Source: a virus
Taxonomy: Duplodnaviria > Heunggongvirae > Uroviricota > Caudoviricetes
Virus record (IMG/VR): IMGVR_UViG_3300020048_006428
Coordinates: 1-64,000 of that record
Strand: one strand, 5' to 3'
DNA length: 64,000 bases
Below the pieces are notes generated by a model that ran no database searches, was not told the origin of the DNA, and saw nothing but the letters and a program-made list of their open reading frames with translations. The position numbers and the translations under genes were made by a program. The first letter of the stretch is position 1, and every line of letters begins with the position of its first letter. Below, in pieces: positions 60,302 to 64,000 of this stretch.

Positions 60302-60721
60302 TCATAAAGTAAATCCTTTTTGTAGATATAATAGAAATCTTTCCGGTAAATATACATTTTCTAATTTTAATGCCTTTCTAAATAATGGTGCAATTTCATC
60401 AACATTAAACCCAGCTAAATGACATCCAATTTCAGTGACATAAAATATCAAATCTTTATTCACTTTAGCAAATTCAATAAATTTATCAACACCATCTTTT
60501 ACTTCTTGTAAAGTGACTGGTAAATAATCTTTTCTTAATTCTTTTGTTATTATTGCATAAGAATTACCCATTAATCCTTCTGATTGCCCATATATTGCCC
60601 AAAATTTTTTCATAGCAATTAAAGCAGCACCTTTTCCGTGTCTGCCTTGTCGATTTGACCCAAAAACAAATATTTCATTATTTTTTAGATTACTAATATT
60701 ATTTGGTGTTAATCTTTTCAA
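60302..60721 (-). CDS. A1S_2505-like phage protein
   Basis: EIFVFGSN..GRHGKGAA, SYAI.T, FYVT.IGC.LAG. Confidence 0.75.
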   Translation of the reverse strand: MKRLTPNNISNLKNNEIFVFGSNRQGRHGKGAALIAMKKFWAIYGQSEGLMGNSYAIITKELRKDYLPVTLQEVKDGVDKFIEFAKVNKDLIFYVTEIGCHLAGFNVDEIAPLFRKALKLENVYLPERFLLYLQKGFTL

Positions 60722-60962
60722 GTATATTTAAAATTTTAATTTTTCTATCAAAATTTTTCGGAATAAACATTTCTTGTAAAGCTTTAACTGAAAATATTTT
60801 TGTAGATTCACTTATAGTTTTACAAAAATCTATTTTTTTATCAATTTCTTTCAATCTATTTTCTTCTTCAATTTTATACAAAATATTATAAATATAGTAT
60901 TTTCTTTTAATATCATTTGAATCATAATTATTTCCAAATTTACCATAAATTGAATTAATCAT
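60699..60962 (-). CDS. Small hypothetical protein beginning MINSIYGKFG
   Basis: ORF; two R/K..I..IL.KI tails. Confidence 0.45.
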   Translation of the reverse strand: MINSIYGKFGNNYDSNDIKRKYYIYNILYKIEEENRLKEIDKKIDFCKTISESTKIFSVKALQEMFIPKNFDRKIKILNILEKINTK

Positions 60963-60972
60963 TTTCTTCCCT

Positions 60973-61386
60973 TTATAACACATTTCTTATATCCATTAAA
61001 ATTTTACCTAAATAATTTTTACCAATTCCATTACAAACACCCCAATAATTATCATTCCAGGTGTTTGTTTCTTCTAAATAAGAATCTGTTGTTTCTAACA
61101 ACAGATTCCCTAATAATTCGTTTCTTGTGAATTTATCATAAACAATATTATACATTATATTCAATTTAACTAAATCCCAATCTTTTCTTTTATCTATAAT
61201 TTTACCCAATCTTTTAGATTCTTTTGCTGATATATCTAAAAATATATGTCTATCAGAACTATTTATTAATTTTGCTGATTGATAAGCATTTTCAGAAGAA
61301 TTAAACACCAATCCATCATAATATACTTTACAAGTATAAAAATTAGATAGAAATCTATATTTTCCAAAAAATCCACTTATTTTCAT
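60973..61386 (-). CDS. NADAR family protein
   Basis: FLSNFY, SENAYQSAK, KF, LLET, EETNTWNDNYWG, GKNYLGKILM. Confidence 0.9.
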   Translation of the reverse strand: MKISGFFGKYRFLSNFYTCKVYYDGLVFNSSENAYQSAKLINSSDRHIFLDISAKESKRLGKIIDKRKDWDLVKLNIMYNIVYDKFTRNELLGNLLLETTDSYLEETNTWNDNYWGVCNGIGKNYLGKILMDIRNVL

Positions 61387-61400
61387 AAATTTTATATTAT

Positions 61401-63110
61401 CTATACTTTATTAAGTTTATATCTATAGTAAATAAATATTGATAACATTTCTTTATTGTTTGCTAATGATGTTTCAACTATATTTAATAATTCTTCTACT
61501 GACCAAGTCATAATTCCAAACCAATCAAGTAATTCTAAATAACCTACATCTCCTATTAAACTAACAATAAAATTCTTATATGGTGTGATGTCAAATCTAT
61601 TCCTACAATTTCTTAGGTTTAAATAAACATTTACCATTGCTATATTTTTAATACCTACTGTTTTTTGAACTATGTAACCATTATAAATATTTTCAATTCT
61701 TGAAAGAACATTATTAGAAAATCTATATTTCAAAAGATATTCTGCTAATTTTTCAAGTCCATCAATATCCATAGATTGTTCAAATTGTTTTACATTTTCC
61801 TTTGTTTTCAAAATCCATTTGTCTAAATATACATTAAAAAATAATTGTGATTTATGACATAAATATTCTGTTCCATTTATATTAATATTTATTAATAATT
61901 TTATTTCATCTTTATGTGTGTAATCACTATTAAATTCATTATCAATCTTGTCATATAATTCAAATTCTATTGCTTCATCTGCTGGTAAAGAACAACTATG
62001 TATATCTGAATGAACTGATTTATTATAAAGTATATATGTATCCAAATAATCAGAATAAACTATTTGATATGATGTTGAAAGATAGTATTCACCTTCGGAT
62101 TCAACAAAAACTGCTTCACCATCAGGCACCCAAGATTGAACATCAACACAATAAACTGCATCATTTGAATCTACTTTTAGATCAAATTCATTTGAGTAAA
62201 CTTGACCTGAGCTTGATAGCCCATTTGTCTGTCTTAATCTATTTTGTCTATTTTCTTCATTTGTTATTTCATATGTTTTTGGATAATATGCTTCAAAAGT
62301 GTCCATATATGGAAACATTTTATAATCATATTTTTTTAATACAACTTTCATATATTCCCTATTATCAGAATCATAAATTTTCATATTATTTTCTTTTGCA
62401 TATTCCAAAAATAAATTTGCATCAGAATCATAATTACAATATATCCTATCCATATAATACTCACCTGTTGATAATTTCCAAATCAATGCTCTTCCAACAA
62501 TCTTATTTGGATTATCTCTTTTTAAGATTAAAAGACTACAAACTTCTGGATTTTTTGTATAAATGTCAAAAAACATTTGACATTTTTTATATCGCATACA
62601 AGAATTACTTAAATCACCTGTTTTTTCTTGGTAATTATCTACCAAATACCATTTTTTAATTTCATCACCCTTAACCAATTCAAATGATGATGAACTATAT
62701 ATTTTATTAAATGTAGATTTATATAAATTTACAAAAATAGGCAATTCCTTACTTGGAAAATCTGTTAATACTTTATTTACAAATCTACCTATTGCAATTT
62801 CAGATCTTTGTTTTTTCCATAAAGTATGATTTGAATCACTCGTAACAACTTCTAAATTCTTATCTATATCTTCTTCCCCTAATGTATTTACAATCCTATT
62901 TACTTGTATAAAAGATACTGAATTATCCTTATCTGTTATATCAATTAATGTAAAGTCTTTTTTATTATCCACATCATTTTCTATATCCAATAACTTATTA
63001 GTTATTGGATTATCAATCATTTTGAATAATTCTTTTAATTTAGTGGAATAAATTAATGGTAATGTTTTTATACTTTCTAAAAACAACTCGTAATTTTTAA
63101 TATTTTTCAT
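61401..63110 (-). CDS. SCMRY/RALIW/DRIY/PYMDTF family protein with leader
   Basis: Paralog of 24157 and 56604; MKNIKNYELFLES. Confidence 0.65.
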   Translation of the reverse strand: MKNIKNYELFLESIKTLPLIYSTKLKELFKMIDNPITNKLLDIENDVDNKKDFTLIDITDKDNSVSFIQVNRIVNTLGEEDIDKNLEVVTSDSNHTLWKKQRSEIAIGRFVNKVLTDFPSKELPIFVNLYKSTFNKIYSSSSFELVKGDEIKKWYLVDNYQEKTGDLSNSCMRYKKCQMFFDIYTKNPEVCSLLILKRDNPNKIVGRALIWKLSTGEYYMDRIYCNYDSDANLFLEYAKENNMKIYDSDNREYMKVVLKKYDYKMFPYMDTFEAYYPKTYEITNEENRQNRLRQTNGLSSSGQVYSNEFDLKVDSNDAVYCVDVQSWVPDGEAVFVESEGEYYLSTSYQIVYSDYLDTYILYNKSVHSDIHSCSLPADEAIEFELYDKIDNEFNSDYTHKDEIKLLINININGTEYLCHKSQLFFNVYLDKWILKTKENVKQFEQSMDIDGLEKLAEYLLKYRFSNNVLSRIENIYNGYIVQKTVGIKNIAMVNVYLNLRNCRNRFDITPYKNFIVSLIGDVGYLELLDWFGIMTWSVEELLNIVETSLANNKEMLSIFIYYRYKLNKV

Positions 63111-63128
63111 ATATTATATATTAATATT

Positions 63129-64000
63129 TTAATACCAATTTCGACCATTCAAATTCTTCATCTCCTTAGCATATTTCCTTTGCTTATTTATTTTTATAAT
63201 ACTTGAATAGTCAATTCCTTCAACATAATCAACCTGTTTTATATAACTATTCCACAATAATAATTTATCATTAGAAATGTTTTTATTTGCATAATCTTCA
63301 ACCATTTCCCTAAATTCATATTTAGAAAATACACTAGCCCCATTTATAAGAGTCATTACTGTATCATCATTTCCAATATCAGCAGCATATCTTATGTTTC
63401 CTGATGGGGTTATGTGTTTAACAAATGTTGTTATTTCATTTATATTTTCTTCATTTGAAATAATAAAATTCTTTTTACCCATTGCTTCTTGGTAATCCTT
63501 AACCAACATGTTTTTATTGTCACCTATCTTTATACCAATTTTTTCTTCTAAAGCATCTGCTCTATGTTTATATCTAAAAAATATATTTGAACCATAATTA
63601 TTTCTACCTTCAAATAAATGTGGTAAATGCGCCAATAATTCATTTCCATATGTGTTTATTTCTAAAACAACCTTGAAATTTTCATTATTGAAATATTCAA
63701 ATGCTAAAACATAAAATAATTCAGCTAACTGTTTAACAGAAACTAAATTGGATCTATATATACCAATCTGTTGCAAACAAAAGAAATCTGATAAATGTGT
63801 ATATGTTGATTTTTGCATTTCTATCAACTCATCTGATTTTTCTTTTATCTTAAATATATTCATAATTGAATAATCCTGTCCTAAACCTTCTGATAAGTCA
63901 ATAGATATTATACCACTAACACTATTACGCATTAATGGACTAAATACATCATCATCTTGGATCCATTTTAAATCTTTATACGAAAATTTTAATCTATTAC
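63129..64000 (-). CDS. Terminase large subunit, C-terminal nuclease domain (5' end outside window)
   Basis: IDLSEGLGQDYS, VLEIN.YG, GNDDTVM; frame stays open past 63932 to the window edge. Confidence 0.85.
   Translation of the reverse strand, partial: NRLKFSYKDLKWIQDDDVFSPLMRNSVSGIISIDLSEGLGQDYSIMNIFKIKEKSDELIEMQKSTYTHLSDFFCLQQIGIYRSNLVSVKQLAELFYVLAFEYFNNENFKVVLEINTYGNELLAHLPHLFEGRNNYGSNIFFRYKHRADALEEKIGIKIGDNKNMLVKDYQEAMGKKNFIISNEENINEITTFVKHITPSGNIRYAADIGNDDTVMTLINGASVFSKYEFREMVEDYANKNISNDKLLLWNSYIKQVDYVEGIDYSSIIKINKQRKYAKEMKNLNGRNWY

Noticed and set aside
1435-62659. Antisense or alternate-frame ORFs in the track (e.g. 1435, 5427, 19274, 20154, 38267, 44664, 48577, 57793, 61970)
   Set aside because: Overlap well-supported genes, often lack ATG starts and show shadow-like composition
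1-64000. Alternative genetic code (TAG or TGA recoding)
   Set aside because: Long genes are intact under code 11; TAG and TGA end genes at sensible boundaries; no suppressor tRNA seen

Overview
Very AT-rich segment of a T4-like (myovirus) jumbo phage genome, standard genetic code. The host is probably a Bacteroidota: TAnnTTTG promoter boxes, no Shine-Dalgarno sites, Bacteroidota-style lipoproteins and signal peptides. Core genes: tail sheath, gp13-like neck protein, terminase large subunit (cut by the window edge), UvsY-like and sliding-clamp-like proteins, GH19 endolysin, SLT. Accessory genes: GuaC, ferritin, flavodoxin, DnaJ, GrpE, Rnl2 RNA ligase, NADAR, C5 DNA methylase, catalytic-domain-only class II aaRS, tyrosine phosphatase, three homing endonucleases. 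There is also a minus-strand array of 10 tRNA or tRNA-like genes. Best candidate for a new system: an unannotated 33-codon leader peptide with terminator/antiterminator directly upstream of the tRNA array; 11 of its 12 central codons are read by tRNAs of that array, suggesting a tRNA-depletion-sensing attenuator. Other highlights: more than 20 unrelated proteins share a T4 capsid-targeting-like leader (MKYLKLFENF..xE), mostly behind a TTAATATATA motif; a small structured element complementary to 23S rRNA helix 69-71; a D-armless tRNA-Ile-like RNA; small ORFs resembling fragments of core phage proteins. All calls come from reading motifs by eye; no searches were run.
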